This document shows, one piece after another, positions 9,381 to 19,213 of a stretch of 64,000 nt of DNA. Position numbers and translations under genes: made by a program. Source of the stretch: Oscillospiraceae bacterium (GTDB lineage: Bacteria > Bacillota > Clostridia > Oscillospirales > Ruminococcaceae); contig JBMNPE010000001.1 in assembly GCA_050943435.1 (NCBI GenBank), positions 30,315 to 94,314 of the forward strand, in the 5' to 3' direction. The stretch's first letter is position 1; every line of letters starts with the position of its first letter. The notes beneath the pieces are model-generated. The model saw nothing but the letters and a program-made list of their open reading frames with translations. It was not told the origin of the DNA and did not search any database.

Positions 9381-11831
9381 ATGGACGGGGAGCATGAGCA
9401 TATGGATGCCGCAGTAACAAAGAGTCTGACAGCACCGAAGAGAAAGGGATTCTCTGAATATGCGGCAGTGTTTCTGCTCAATTTCATAGTTGCCCTCGCC
9501 TCGTTCGGATATTTCCTCATAAGGGACAACGGGCTTCTGTATGTGGCCGGGGACTTCAACCAGCAGCAGCTGATGTTCAACATGCTGATTTCGAATGCCC
9601 TCAGGGACGGGAGCGGATTCTGGAGCTGGAGCATCGACCTCGGGTCCGATATTCTCACCACGATGTCGTTCTACAACATCGGGAGCATATTCAACTGGAT
9701 AGGGTTTCTTGTGCCGCCCAGGTACTTCATGTACGCTGTCGGCTGGCTTTTCATTCTCAAGTATGCAGTGGCGGGGCTCACTTCATACACGTACCTCTCG
9801 AGGCAGGTAAAGAGCAAGCCCTGCGCCGTCATCGGTTCGGTGATGTACGCATTCTCCGGGTTCCAGGCGGCGAACATCGCTTTCTATCATTTCCACGATG
9901 TGGTGGCGGTATTCCCGCTGCTGATGCTCACATTTGACGACCTTGTTGAGCGCAAAAAAAAGGGCCCCTTTGCAGCCGTTGTTTTCCTTTCACTTATGAC
10001 GAACTACTTCTTCTTCATAGAAGAGGTCGTATTCCTCATAATCTACTACATCGTGAAATACCTTGCCTTCGACATAGGGACCATAAGAAGGCTGCCGTCC
10101 ATACTGTTTGAGGGAATCCTGGGCTCTGCAATGGCCGCAGCGATAGCGGTGCCTTCGATAATCTCGGTTCTCGGGAACCCGAGGGCAACCGACCTGCTCA
10201 GCGGGGACTCATCGCTTGCCTTCGGGACTTCATACGTGCTGCTCATCATAAGGGCATTCCTGTTCCCTGCTGAAACCATGTGCGCTGTTTCCGTGGCAAA
10301 GAAGACGGACTGGAGCTCCACAGCCGCCTATCTCCCGATGGCGGGCATTCTGTTTGCTTCGGCGTATGTGTTCGGCAGGAAGACGGGCAGGAACTGGCTC
10401 TCGGCGCTTATCAAGACGCTCTGGGTCATGGCGCTTGTCCCGCTTCTCAACGGGCTCTTCACGATGCTCTCAAGCGCTATCTACCAGCGCTGGTTCTTTA
10501 TGCTGGTTCTGTATCTCGTTGTAGCCACTGTCAAGGTGCTCGATGAGCCGCAGGCTTACAGGATAGGCAGGGCTTACTGGTGGAACTTCGCCCTGATGGC
10601 TGCAATCACGCTGTTCTGCCTGTTCTATCCGTGGAATGACTCTCAGGAGAGTGCCATAAACTACATGGACGAGTTCGTTCTTCTGACGGCTGCAGGCTTC
10701 CTCGGGCTCACGGCTTCATACGTTCTCACTGTCTCGGTGCGCAGCAGGAAAAAGTTCCTCATCCTGATGCTCTGCGGGACCGTAGCATTTTCTGTATTTT
10801 CCACAGCTGAGGTCACGGACAGGTACCAGTCTGCCACCAGGTCCGGAGGAAACGATGCCTCCACAATCTACGACACTATAATGACTTCTGCCCAGATAGA
10901 ACAGCCGTCTGACAGCTACAGGTTCATAGATGAGCAGAACCTCCACATCATGCCGGGAGGCATACATGGAACTGGTTCATTCTGCTCTACGGTCTCTCCC
11001 TCGATCATGGAATTCTACAGCCTTATGGGACAGAAGAGGTCGGTCAGGACCCCCGACACGGTGACAGATGCCGAGAGGTGGTTCCTGTCAGGGAAATATC
11101 TTATAACCGAGGAGCCGGATTCCTCTGACAAGATCATTCAGACAGTGACATACGGTGACAAGACCTTCTATGTCGTGGACAGCGGGGTGGAGGTTCCCGG
11201 GATAGCCAGGGTGTACAACAGCTACATTACAGAAACCGATTTCAGCAGCCTCGGGAGCACCACAAAGCAGAACATGCTGTTCAAGGCTGCAGTCATCAAG
11301 GACGACGATGAGTCGGACTTCAGGCGTTCAATATTTGCTGCTTCCAACACAGTGCTGAGCGAGGCGGCATCATCTAGTGCGGAGAATCTGGCGGCCGAGC
11401 TTGCGGAAAATTCCGATGTGGAGTTCAGCATAGGAAATGATTCCTTCTCCGCGACCGTGACCACCGACGGCTCCGCATGCGTTGAATTCACGGTCCCGTA
11501 TTCCACGGGATGGTCTGCAACAGTCAACGGCGAGGAAGTAAAGGTCTATGACACGGCCGGGTTCATGTCAGTGCTGGTAGAATCGGGGGAAAGCACAATA
11601 GAGTTCACATATGAAACACCCGGCCTCAAGGCGGGGTTGGCGGTCAGCTGCATATCCCTGGCGGTGTATGCCGCATACTGCATAATAGGCTCAGTCAGGA
11701 GAAAGCGCTCCTTCGGAGGGAAAAGATACCAGAAAGAGCTAGATTCCCTTTTTTACCTTGGGAAGGCTCCACTTGTAATGCGCGGCGAGAAGCCTGATCA
11801 GGATGACCGTGCCGACGGAGATCAGCACTGA
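9381..11831 (+). CDS. YfhO-family polytopic membrane protein (putative glycosyltransferase)
   Basis: 816-aa ORF with a many-TM N-terminal two-thirds, a soluble C-terminal domain and a final TM. This architecture is typical of Firmicute YfhO proteins. An alternative start is at codon 8. Confidence 0.75.
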   Translation: MDGEHEHMDAAVTKSLTAPKRKGFSEYAAVFLLNFIVALASFGYFLIRDNGLLYVAGDFNQQQLMFNMLISNALRDGSGFWSWSIDLGSDILTTMSFYNIGSIFNWIGFLVPPRYFMYAVGWLFILKYAVAGLTSYTYLSRQVKSKPCAVIGSVMYAFSGFQAANIAFYHFHDVVAVFPLLMLTFDDLVERKKKGPFAAVVFLSLMTNYFFFIEEVVFLIIYYIVKYLAFDIGTIRRLPSILFEGILGSAMAAAIAVPSIISVLGNPRATDLLSGDSSLAFGTSYVLLIIRAFLFPAETMCAVSVAKKTDWSSTAAYLPMAGILFASAYVFGRKTGRNWLSALIKTLWVMALVPLLNGLFTMLSSAIYQRWFFMLVLYLVVATVKVLDEPQAYRIGRAYWWNFALMAAITLFCLFYPWNDSQESAINYMDEFVLLTAAGFLGLTASYVLTVSVRSRKKFLILMLCGTVAFSVFSTAEVTDRYQSATRSGGNDASTIYDTIMTSAQIEQPSDSYRFIDEQNLHIMPGGIHGTGSFCSTVSPSIMEFYSLMGQKRSVRTPDTVTDAERWFLSGKYLITEEPDSSDKIIQTVTYGDKTFYVVDSGVEVPGIARVYNSYITETDFSSLGSTTKQNMLFKAAVIKDDDESDFRRSIFAASNTVLSEAASSSAENLAAELAENSDVEFSIGNDSFSATVTTDGSACVEFTVPYSTGWSATVNGEEVKVYDTAGFMSVLVESGESTIEFTYETPGLKAGLAVSCISLAVYAAYCIIGSVRRKRSFGGKRYQKELDSLFYLGKAPLVMRGEKPDQDDRADGDQH

Positions 11832-12395
11832 GAACCCGCTCCTGAGAGAGGTCATTCCGAGCACATAGTAGAGGGAGGCCCCGGCGGCAGATGCCAGAGC
11901 ATAGACCCTCTTCTTGAGGATTGCAGGGACCTGGTCGCTCATGATATCCCTGAGTGCACCTCCGCCCACGCCTGTGAGGACCCCCATGAATATTGTGAGG
12001 AACGCGTTGTCCCCGTATCCCTGCTCCAGGGATGTCTGGACTCCCATCACGGAGAAGATGCCGAGGCCTATGGCATCCAGGACGTTCATAGATTCCTCGA
12101 AGATCAGATAGCTGTCGAGCGCCTTGCCGTGGTGTGTGTATTCAAAGAGGAATATGAGCAGTGCCGTGGCTGTTGCAGCGATGATGTAGCCGGGGTTTTC
12201 GAACATCTGCGGCGGCACGATTCCGAGGAGCATGTCCCTCAGAGTCCCGCCTCCCACAGCAGTCGTTACCCCGAGTACCACGACCCCGAGGAGGTCAAGA
12301 TCGCGCTCTATTGCGAGCAGCGCTCCTGATGCCGAAAACGCAACCGTTCCTATATATTCTGCCAGTATGAAAACAAGAGACCTGTCGACTTCCAT
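11739..12395 (-). CDS. TRIC-family cation channel (UPF0126/YadS-like)
   Basis: 218 aa with the duplicated glycine motifs GGGTLRDMLLG and GGGALRDIM. Seven-TM-like hydrophobic profile. Confidence 0.85.
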   Translation of the reverse strand: MEVDRSLVFILAEYIGTVAFSASGALLAIERDLDLLGVVVLGVTTAVGGGTLRDMLLGIVPPQMFENPGYIIAATATALLIFLFEYTHHGKALDSYLIFEESMNVLDAIGLGIFSVMGVQTSLEQGYGDNAFLTIFMGVLTGVGGGALRDIMSDQVPAILKKRVYALASAAGASLYYVLGMTSLRSGFSVLISVGTVILIRLLAAHYKWSLPKVKKGI

Positions 12396-12566
12396 GCCTG
12401 CCGCTCCTCTAAATTTTTGTGCAGAAAAATATTAGTTCACGGCGGTTCCGTTATCAAGAGGAAGAGAGCCGCAAGTATGGACTTTTTCAATGCCAGCGGT
12501 AAAATTATCAGTAGCTGATTATTGATATGGCGGAGAGATCCCGCCGACATGATAGGAGGACATCGA

Positions 12567-14153
12567 ATGAGCAAACCTGTAGTACTCGTAGTTATGGACG
12601 GCATCGGGTGGACCGACCAGGACCACGGAAATGCCGTTATGCATGCTTATAAGCCCCAGATAGAGGAACTTATGACCAAGTGGCCTCACACAACGATAAG
12701 GGCTTCCGGAACGGCGGTCGGGCTTCCGTCCGACAGCGACATGGGAAACTCCGAAGTAGGACACAACGCTCTCGGATGCGGACAGATATACTCCCAGGGT
12801 GCCAAACTCGTCAATGAGAGCATCGAATCCGGGAAGATTTACGAAAGCGCCGCCTGGAAAGGCGCCGTCAAATGGGTGAAGGAGCACGGGGGAAAGATGC
12901 ACTTCATAGGGCTTCTCTCCGACGGAAACGTGCACTCCAACATTTCCCACCTTATAGCTCTTCTCAAGGAATGCAAGAAAGAGGGAGTCAACGAGGTCAG
13001 GGTGCACATCCTGCTCGACGGCAGGGACGTGCCTGAAACGTCAGCCCTCAAGTACGTGGACCAGCTCGAGGATGTTCTTGCAGGCCTCAACGACGGGACT
13101 TTCCACGGCTGCATAGCTTCCGGCGGCGGAAGAATGACGATAACCATGGACAGATACGAAGCCGACTGGCCGATGGTCGAGCGCGGCTGGCACATACACG
13201 TCATGGGAGACGGCCGAATGTTCCCGTCGGCGAGGGAAGCCATTGAGACGTACAGGAAGGAAGGCGGATACACTGACCAGTATCTGCCGGGCTTCGTGGT
13301 CGCTGACAAGTCGGGAAAGCCGGCAGGGACTATCGACGACGGGGATTCCGTGATCCTCTTCAATTTCCGAGGCGACCGCGCTGTCGAGCTCTCCAAGGCA
13401 TTCGACTACATGGACAAGGGATTCGATGCGTTCCCGATGCCCAAAAAGCCAAAGGTGTTCTTCGCAGGGATGCTGCAGTACGACGGAGACCTCAAGCTCC
13501 CCGCCAACTTCCTCGTGGAACCCCCGCACATCGAACACACGATGTCCGAGTTCCTCGTAAACAAGGGAGTAAAATCCTATGCATGCTCGGAAACCCAGAA
13601 ATTCGGGCACATGACTTATTTCTGGAACGGCAACCGTTCAGAGAAATTCTCGGAAGAGCTGGAGACATGGGAGGAGGTTCCCTCAGACGTCATCCAGTTT
13701 GACCTCAAGCCCTGGATGAAGTCCACGGAGATCACAGACCTGATGGTGGCGGCCATCGATTCGGGAAAGTACAGGTTCATGCGCTGCAATTATCCTAACG
13801 GCGACATGGTCGGGCACACCGGAAACTATGAGGCCACGATCATAGGCGTCGAGTCTGTCGACCTCAACCTGCGCAGGATTATGGACGCCTGCCTCAGGAA
13901 CGACTGCTGCCTGCTCGTCATGGCGGACCACGGAAATGCAGACGAGATGTACGGAAAGGGCACAGGGCCTGACGGAAAGCCCGTTCCGAAGACTTCCCAC
14001 TCGCTCGCGAGGGTTCCGTTCGCAGTGTTCAACGGGCCGGAAGGCACAAAAATAAAGGACGGGGATTTCGGACTTGCCAATGTGGCAGCCACGACCGTGA
14101 AGATCATGGGATTCGAGCCTCCGAAGGAATGGCTCGAGAGCATAATCGAGTAA
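12567..14153 (+). CDS. gpmI: 2,3-bisphosphoglycerate-independent phosphoglycerate mutase
   Basis: N-terminus MSKPVVLVVMDGIGW, then the LLSDGNVHS motif. Start set at ATG 12567, 7 nt after AGGAGGA. Confidence 0.93.
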   Translation: MSKPVVLVVMDGIGWTDQDHGNAVMHAYKPQIEELMTKWPHTTIRASGTAVGLPSDSDMGNSEVGHNALGCGQIYSQGAKLVNESIESGKIYESAAWKGAVKWVKEHGGKMHFIGLLSDGNVHSNISHLIALLKECKKEGVNEVRVHILLDGRDVPETSALKYVDQLEDVLAGLNDGTFHGCIASGGGRMTITMDRYEADWPMVERGWHIHVMGDGRMFPSAREAIETYRKEGGYTDQYLPGFVVADKSGKPAGTIDDGDSVILFNFRGDRAVELSKAFDYMDKGFDAFPMPKKPKVFFAGMLQYDGDLKLPANFLVEPPHIEHTMSEFLVNKGVKSYACSETQKFGHMTYFWNGNRSEKFSEELETWEEVPSDVIQFDLKPWMKSTEITDLMVAAIDSGKYRFMRCNYPNGDMVGHTGNYEATIIGVESVDLNLRRIMDACLRNDCCLLVMADHGNADEMYGKGTGPDGKPVPKTSHSLARVPFAVFNGPEGTKIKDGDFGLANVAATTVKIMGFEPPKEWLESIIE

Positions 14154-14174
14154 TAATATTCATGCAGCAATAAA

Positions 14175-14215
14175 GGCGGGAGCACCCTACACGGTGCTCC
14201 CGCCTGTCTGTTTTG
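14175..14215. terminator. Intrinsic terminator between gpmI (+) and the MFS gene (-)
   Basis: 12-bp perfect stem GGCGGGAGCACC/GGTGCTCCCGCC with a 6-nt loop, followed by TGTCTGTTTTG. Confidence 0.8.
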
Positions 14216-14235
14216 TGAGTACTCAGCAGGAATTA

Positions 14236-15522
14236 CTATTCCTGCTCCGCCATCTTCCTGCGGTATTTCGTACTCATGTTCATGGCAATGCATCCGAGGA
14301 TCAGTGCGATGAAGAACAGCACAGATGTCATGACGAAGGCTCCCCTGTAGGTCCCGGTGTTGTCGTAGATGGCCCCTATCGTGGAGAAGAGCCCTCCTCC
14401 AATAAGGCTGTTTGCCATCATCATCACGGACCAGATTTCGGAATAGTGCTCCTGGCCGACGACATGCTGCGCGAGCAGCGGGCACTGGACCGTATACATG
14501 CTGTTCCCGAGCCCCACGATGAACGAGGCCGGGTATGCATAGACCGGGTTCCTGAACGATGCAAACATCAGTCCGAATCCAAGCGCATTCATGACCGCCC
14601 CGAAGGCCAGTCCTGCCTGGACGCTGATCCTGTCGTTTATCCTGCCGACGATTATGCTGCTTAGCATCGTGCCCAGCATCAGGCAGATCTGTGCCATGGC
14701 CCCGAATGTAATGCTCTGGCCGAGCTCCATCGTGCAGAAGGTGTTGATGTAGTACGGGACGCCGCAGCCGTAGCTTATGAGGATGCAGGCAATCCACGCG
14801 ATGTATACGAACGGAAGCCTGAAGGCCTGCTTCTTTGTGATCCCGGCGATGGACGCGGCCTTGAGATCGGATTTCATCTCCTCAGCCTCTGCATCCGTTG
14901 CACCGTACGGGGTAACCCCGACTTCCTCAGGGCGCCTTATCCAGATGAGGATGGCAGGGACGGAGATTACAAAGGCCATGATCCCGAGAACAAAATATGC
15001 TCTTCTCCACCCGTAGCCGGATATAAGGGCTGCAGACAGATAGGAATATCCAACCGAAGCTGCGCTGCCTATTGCGACTATGGATCCGAGGACAGTCCCG
15101 TTCTTCTTTTTAAACCACATGTTGATTATGATCGGCAGTGCCACAAACCCTGTGAAGGCGTTGCTTGCCCCGATCGTGGCGCCGGTTATATAGAAGAGAT
15201 GGACATTGTTGAACGTCCCCATGGCGCATATGCTGACTGCCTGGACAGTCGCTGCAATGCCCATGACAAGGCCGATCTTCTTTCTGGTGAGAACCTTTGC
15301 AGCGACAGTGTATAGAAGAGCCATTGATATGGCGTTGATGCTAGTATACATGGTGAGCTCGCTCACCTTGCAGCCGAGATCAGTCACAATGGGCGTTATG
15401 AAGTTGCCCATACAGGCGGCTACTGCACCTTCTACCCCGAGCTTAACGAGGATGCACGCGATGACTATCTTCCAGGCATAATGCATCTTTCCTTTTCCGC
15501 CGGCTGCCGGTGTTTCTGACAT
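14236..15522 (-). CDS. MFS transporter (oxalate/formate-antiporter-like subfamily)
   Basis: 428-aa ORF with a 12-TM-type profile. No substrate can be inferred. Confidence 0.8.
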   Translation of the reverse strand: MSETPAAGGKGKMHYAWKIVIACILVKLGVEGAVAACMGNFITPIVTDLGCKVSELTMYTSINAISMALLYTVAAKVLTRKKIGLVMGIAATVQAVSICAMGTFNNVHLFYITGATIGASNAFTGFVALPIIINMWFKKKNGTVLGSIVAIGSAASVGYSYLSAALISGYGWRRAYFVLGIMAFVISVPAILIWIRRPEEVGVTPYGATDAEAEEMKSDLKAASIAGITKKQAFRLPFVYIAWIACILISYGCGVPYYINTFCTMELGQSITFGAMAQICLMLGTMLSSIIVGRINDRISVQAGLAFGAVMNALGFGLMFASFRNPVYAYPASFIVGLGNSMYTVQCPLLAQHVVGQEHYSEIWSVMMMANSLIGGGLFSTIGAIYDNTGTYRGAFVMTSVLFFIALILGCIAMNMSTKYRRKMAEQE

Positions 15523-15595
15523 GTCCTCATCTCCAATCAGATTTTTTGCGCATAGAATAAATAATAATTAAAATCACTGAAAAACACAACTTGAA

Positions 15596-15700
15596 AATAC
15601 AGGCCTGGGGGCGCACTGGAGCCGGTGGGGAAGAGCCCCGCGGATTTTACCGCTCAGGAGCAGTTAATCCCAGAGGGAGGGGCCTTTGATTCCCTTTTGC
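15596..15700. other. GC-rich structured intergenic element (possible cis-regulatory RNA, class unknown)
   Basis: Nested complementarity: AGGCC 15601-05 pairs with GGCCT 15681-85, and TGGG 15606-09 with CCCA 15669-72. Two mutually exclusive inner hairpins share GCGG 15640-43. The flanks are AT-rich. Confidence 0.3.
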
Positions 15701-15733
15701 ATGGCTGCAGGTCTGGAATGCATTGCGCCGGGT

Positions 15734-15742
15734 TGGTATAAT
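15734..15742 (+). promoter_or_regulatory. Extended -10 promoter element (TGGTATAAT) for the downstream permease gene
   Basis: TGnTATAAT match 66 nt upstream of the start at 15808. Confidence 0.35.
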
Positions 15743-15807
15743 TACATTTATACGCGCTGGAATTTACGGCTTATTGATTAACACTGCAGCCAAAAAGGGG
15801 ACCTCAG

Positions 15808-17082
15808 TTGAAGACAGCGGCAATAGTGCTTTTCATCGCGATGTACGCGGTGATGATATTCAAGACTAGCTGGCGGCTATATGCGGCGGCAGGCACCGCT
15901 GTTATTTTCCTCATACTCGGGATCATGCCCCTCGGGGGACTGTGGGAGGCAATCAACTGGAACGTCCTGATGATGATCACAGGCACGATGATCATCGTGG
16001 ACTTCTTCATAGAATCCCGCATGCCCAACAGGCTTGCTGACATTATCCTGAGCAAATCACCAAATGTCATGTGGGTGACCATTTTCATGTCGATGTTCTC
16101 CGGCATAGTGTCGGCCTTCATAGACAACGTGGCTACGGTTCTCATGATTGCCCCGGTTGGTCTTGCGATATGCAGGAAGCTCGCCATGAACCCTGTCCCG
16201 ATGATACTCTGCATAGCAGTCTCCTCGAACCTGCAGGGTGCTGCAACCCTTGTAGGGGATACCACTTCAATAATGCTCGGCGCATATGCGGACATGGACT
16301 TCATCGACTTCTTCTGGATGGATGGCAAGCCGGGGATGTTCTTTGCCGTCGAGCTGGGGGCTCTCGCAACCATCCCGATAATGATGATCATGTTCCGCAA
16401 GGAGAAGCAGCCCGTAAAGGCCGACGAACCGGTAGAGGTGACTGATTACGGCCCGACGGCGGCTCTTGTGGGAGTAGTCGTTCTGCTCATCCTCGCATCC
16501 TTCATTGACAGCGACAAGAAGCCGGCCAACACCAACGGATATATCTGCATCGCGGTTGCAGTGGTCTGCATGGCAGTGCAGTGGATAAAGAAGAAAAGCT
16601 TTGGAACTGTAAAACACGCCCTCAAGTCGATAGACTTCGAGACTCTGGGGCTTCTCACAAGCCTGTTCGTAGTCATTGGCGGGATAACAGAAGTCGGCCT
16701 CATAGACGACATGGCCATGTTTATAAAGAAGATAGGCGGTGACAGCCTGTTCCTCCTCTATACGGTCATAGTATGGGGATCCGTGCTGATTTCCGCATTC
16801 GTGGACAACATACCGTATGTGGCGACGATGCTCCCGGTTATAAAGGGGGCCGCGTCACTTCTCGGAATCGACCCGGCGATTCTTTACTTCGGACTCCTCA
16901 GCGGAGCGACCCTCGGGGGAAACCTGACCCCGATAGGGGCGTCGGCCAATATCACTGCTGTCGGAATCCTCAAGAAAAACGGATATGTTGTATCATTCAA
17001 GGAATTTCCTAAAATCGGCGCACCATTCACTCTGACCGCAGTCACGGTGGGATATCTGTTCATATGGTTTGTATGGCATTGA
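15808..17082 (+). CDS. ArsB/NhaD-superfamily (CitMHS-like) ion/anion permease
   Basis: 424-aa polytopic ORF with internal two-fold repeat architecture typical of IT-superfamily permeases. TTG start after AAAAGGGGA. Confidence 0.75.
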   Translation: MKTAAIVLFIAMYAVMIFKTSWRLYAAAGTAVIFLILGIMPLGGLWEAINWNVLMMITGTMIIVDFFIESRMPNRLADIILSKSPNVMWVTIFMSMFSGIVSAFIDNVATVLMIAPVGLAICRKLAMNPVPMILCIAVSSNLQGAATLVGDTTSIMLGAYADMDFIDFFWMDGKPGMFFAVELGALATIPIMMIMFRKEKQPVKADEPVEVTDYGPTAALVGVVVLLILASFIDSDKKPANTNGYICIAVAVVCMAVQWIKKKSFGTVKHALKSIDFETLGLLTSLFVVIGGITEVGLIDDMAMFIKKIGGDSLFLLYTVIVWGSVLISAFVDNIPYVATMLPVIKGAASLLGIDPAILYFGLLSGATLGGNLTPIGASANITAVGILKKNGYVVSFKEFPKIGAPFTLTAVTVGYLFIWFVWH

Positions 17083-17143
17083 TATTTACTGCCGTCAGGC
17101 GGCCTTGTAAACCTGAATCTGTTTTATATCCCAGGGGGATTGG

Positions 17144-19120
17144 ATGAACCTTATGCCAAAAGAGATATCTCAAAAGAAACACAAAGTCGACATTATCCTA
17201 TGTGCGGCAGGCAGCCTTTGGCTGGCTGTCGTTCTCATATTGTTCATAGCTGACGGCAGCATCGGTGTTGTCGACGGCATCGTCACCGCTGCCATTGTCG
17301 GAGTCCTCACCGCCGCTTCCATGGTTATGAAGAGAAAATACCTGATATTCATTGCGGAAGCTGCAGTGAGCTATGCTGCAATCCAGATGCTCACCTTCTC
17401 GGAATTCTCATGGAACTCCGAGGCAGGGGTGCTGCTGCATGTCTTCGGTGCGCTCTGGGTGCTGATGGTATATCTGCTTCTGTATGCGATTACAGGGAAC
17501 ATATTTGCAACCTCCTGCCTCTGTGCTGTTGCCGCAGTGGTCTACGGGCTTGTGAATTATTTCATGATGCTCTACAGGGGCAGGCAGTTCCTTGCGATAG
17601 ACATACTGGCGGCCAGGACAGGGCTCAATGTCATCAGCGGATACAGCCTTGAACTCTCCGGAAAGGCCTGGATCATCTGCTCCGGAATAGCAGCACAGCT
17701 CCTTCCAGCATTCGCGATATCCAGGGAGCAGCAGAAGCTCAGCAGGCGTGAGAGGACATGGACCAGGCTTTCTTGCGTTGCAATTCCTGCCATTTATGTG
17801 TATGTCTGCATCTGGACGAACATATACTACGATCTTGGCCTCAAGATGAGCTGGAACGACAACACCATGGATGAGAGCGCCGTCATGTATTTTGTCGATA
17901 CAACCAAAAGGCTGCAGGTAATTGCACCTTCTGGGTACAGCGACGAGGAGCTGGATGCGATAGACGAGTCAATTGAGAATGACACCGGCGACAGCTCATC
18001 GGACGTACAGCCCAACATCATTGCAATAATGTCGGAATCGTTCGCAGACCTCTCAATAGCGGGGGACTTCGAAACGAGCTCCGACGTGCTTTCGAATTTC
18101 TACTCCGTGCAGTCTGACAGCGTAGTGTACGGCTATACCGTGTCTTCCGTTTTCGGCGGAGGTACGGCCAACAGCGAATTTGAATTCCTCACATCTAACA
18201 GCATGGCCTTTGTCCCGGAGGGGTCAAACCCGTATCAGCAGTATTTCGACTATTCCAAGGAATCCCTTGTGTCTGTGCTGGAGGAGCAGGGGTATTCCAC
18301 CCACGCAATGCATCCGTACTATTCGTCGGGCTGGAACAGGCCTGAGGTCTATGAGGCCCTTGGATTCGACACCACGATGTTCATCGAGGATTTCGGAAAT
18401 GTTAGCTATTACAGGGGGCTCCCGGACGACGAATCCAATTTTGAGAACCTTATTGAAAAATACGAGGAATACACTGAATCCGAATCCGGGCCTGTATTCA
18501 TCTTCGACATCACAATGCAGAACCACGGCGGATACCATACGACCAACTTTGACCCGACAGTCACCCTCACCGGAATGGAAGGGGAATATACGCAGGCAGA
18601 GGAATATCTCTCATGCCTCGAAAAGAGCGACGAAGCCCTTGAACTCCTCATCTCATACTTCGAGGAGCAGGACGAGCCGGTGATAATTCTGTTCTTCGGG
18701 GACCACTGGCCCCAGCTCAGCGACGGATTCTATGAATACCTGTTCGGGAGCAGCATCTCGTCCCTTGAGGGAGAAGACCTTGTGACGGCACACATGTCCC
18801 CGTTCTTCATCTGGACGAATTACGATACCGGGACGGAAGCAGAGGACGTCGGGACGGTTTCAATCAACTACCTGGCTTCGATTCTTCTGGATACTGCGGA
18901 TCTTGAGGAATCAGATTTCCAGTACTTCCTCGGCACAATAATGGAGTCATATCCGATCATCTATTCTGGCGGGATTATAGACAGCAGCGGAGTAATGTAC
19001 GACGCTGATGATTCGTCATTCACTTACGACACCGCTATCGGAAAATACAAGATACTGGAGTACAACTACCTGTTTGACCCACAGGGCTACAGGAAGGACA
19101 TCTTCGGACTAAAATCCTGA
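17144..19120 (+). CDS. LTA synthase-family (sulfatase-domain) membrane protein
   Basis: 658 aa: an N-terminal multi-TM block followed by an extracellular sulfatase/alkaline-phosphatase-type domain (PNIIAIMSESF, MQNHGGY). Confidence 0.8.
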   Translation: MNLMPKEISQKKHKVDIILCAAGSLWLAVVLILFIADGSIGVVDGIVTAAIVGVLTAASMVMKRKYLIFIAEAAVSYAAIQMLTFSEFSWNSEAGVLLHVFGALWVLMVYLLLYAITGNIFATSCLCAVAAVVYGLVNYFMMLYRGRQFLAIDILAARTGLNVISGYSLELSGKAWIICSGIAAQLLPAFAISREQQKLSRRERTWTRLSCVAIPAIYVYVCIWTNIYYDLGLKMSWNDNTMDESAVMYFVDTTKRLQVIAPSGYSDEELDAIDESIENDTGDSSSDVQPNIIAIMSESFADLSIAGDFETSSDVLSNFYSVQSDSVVYGYTVSSVFGGGTANSEFEFLTSNSMAFVPEGSNPYQQYFDYSKESLVSVLEEQGYSTHAMHPYYSSGWNRPEVYEALGFDTTMFIEDFGNVSYYRGLPDDESNFENLIEKYEEYTESESGPVFIFDITMQNHGGYHTTNFDPTVTLTGMEGEYTQAEEYLSCLEKSDEALELLISYFEEQDEPVIILFFGDHWPQLSDGFYEYLFGSSISSLEGEDLVTAHMSPFFIWTNYDTGTEAEDVGTVSINYLASILLDTADLEESDFQYFLGTIMESYPIIYSGGIIDSSGVMYDADDSSFTYDTAIGKYKILEYNYLFDPQGYRKDIFGLKS

Positions 19121-19213
19121 CACAATTTCCCGATGCCGGCCTGCAGCTTCTCCCGAGGGGAGGGCAGGGTCTCTCATGCTATAATGTTTCTGTCCGTATT
19201 GGAGGAAGCACGC

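Noticed and set aside
11739-11831. 93-nt convergent overlap of the YfhO and TRIC gene 3' ends as evidence of a frameshift or mis-assembly
   Set aside because: Both frames end at genuine stops, and the TRIC C-terminus (LIRLLAAHYKWSLPKVKKGI) looks native. The YfhO tail after its last TM is probably a chance extension lacking a stop on the antisense of a coding region. No indel signature is visible.
13826-14797. Long antisense or overlapping ORFs. This one is an example; others are 7808..8575, 19219..19935, 23980..24711, 31591..32433, 42763..43545 and 49399..50334.
   Set aside because: Each lies opposite or out of frame to a gene with strong family motifs. Their translations are Arg/Pro/Ser/His-rich with no motifs. 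These are typical shadow ORFs of mid/high-GC coding DNA.
15596-15700. Assigning the structured element to the ZTP (pfl) riboswitch class
   Set aside because: Only short strings (ACUGG, GGUGGG, CCGCUCAGG) loosely resemble the ZTP consensus. The pseudoknot-forming CCGCCUGGGC-type 3' module is not matched, and the neighbouring genes are not purine or folate genes. The class is left unknown.
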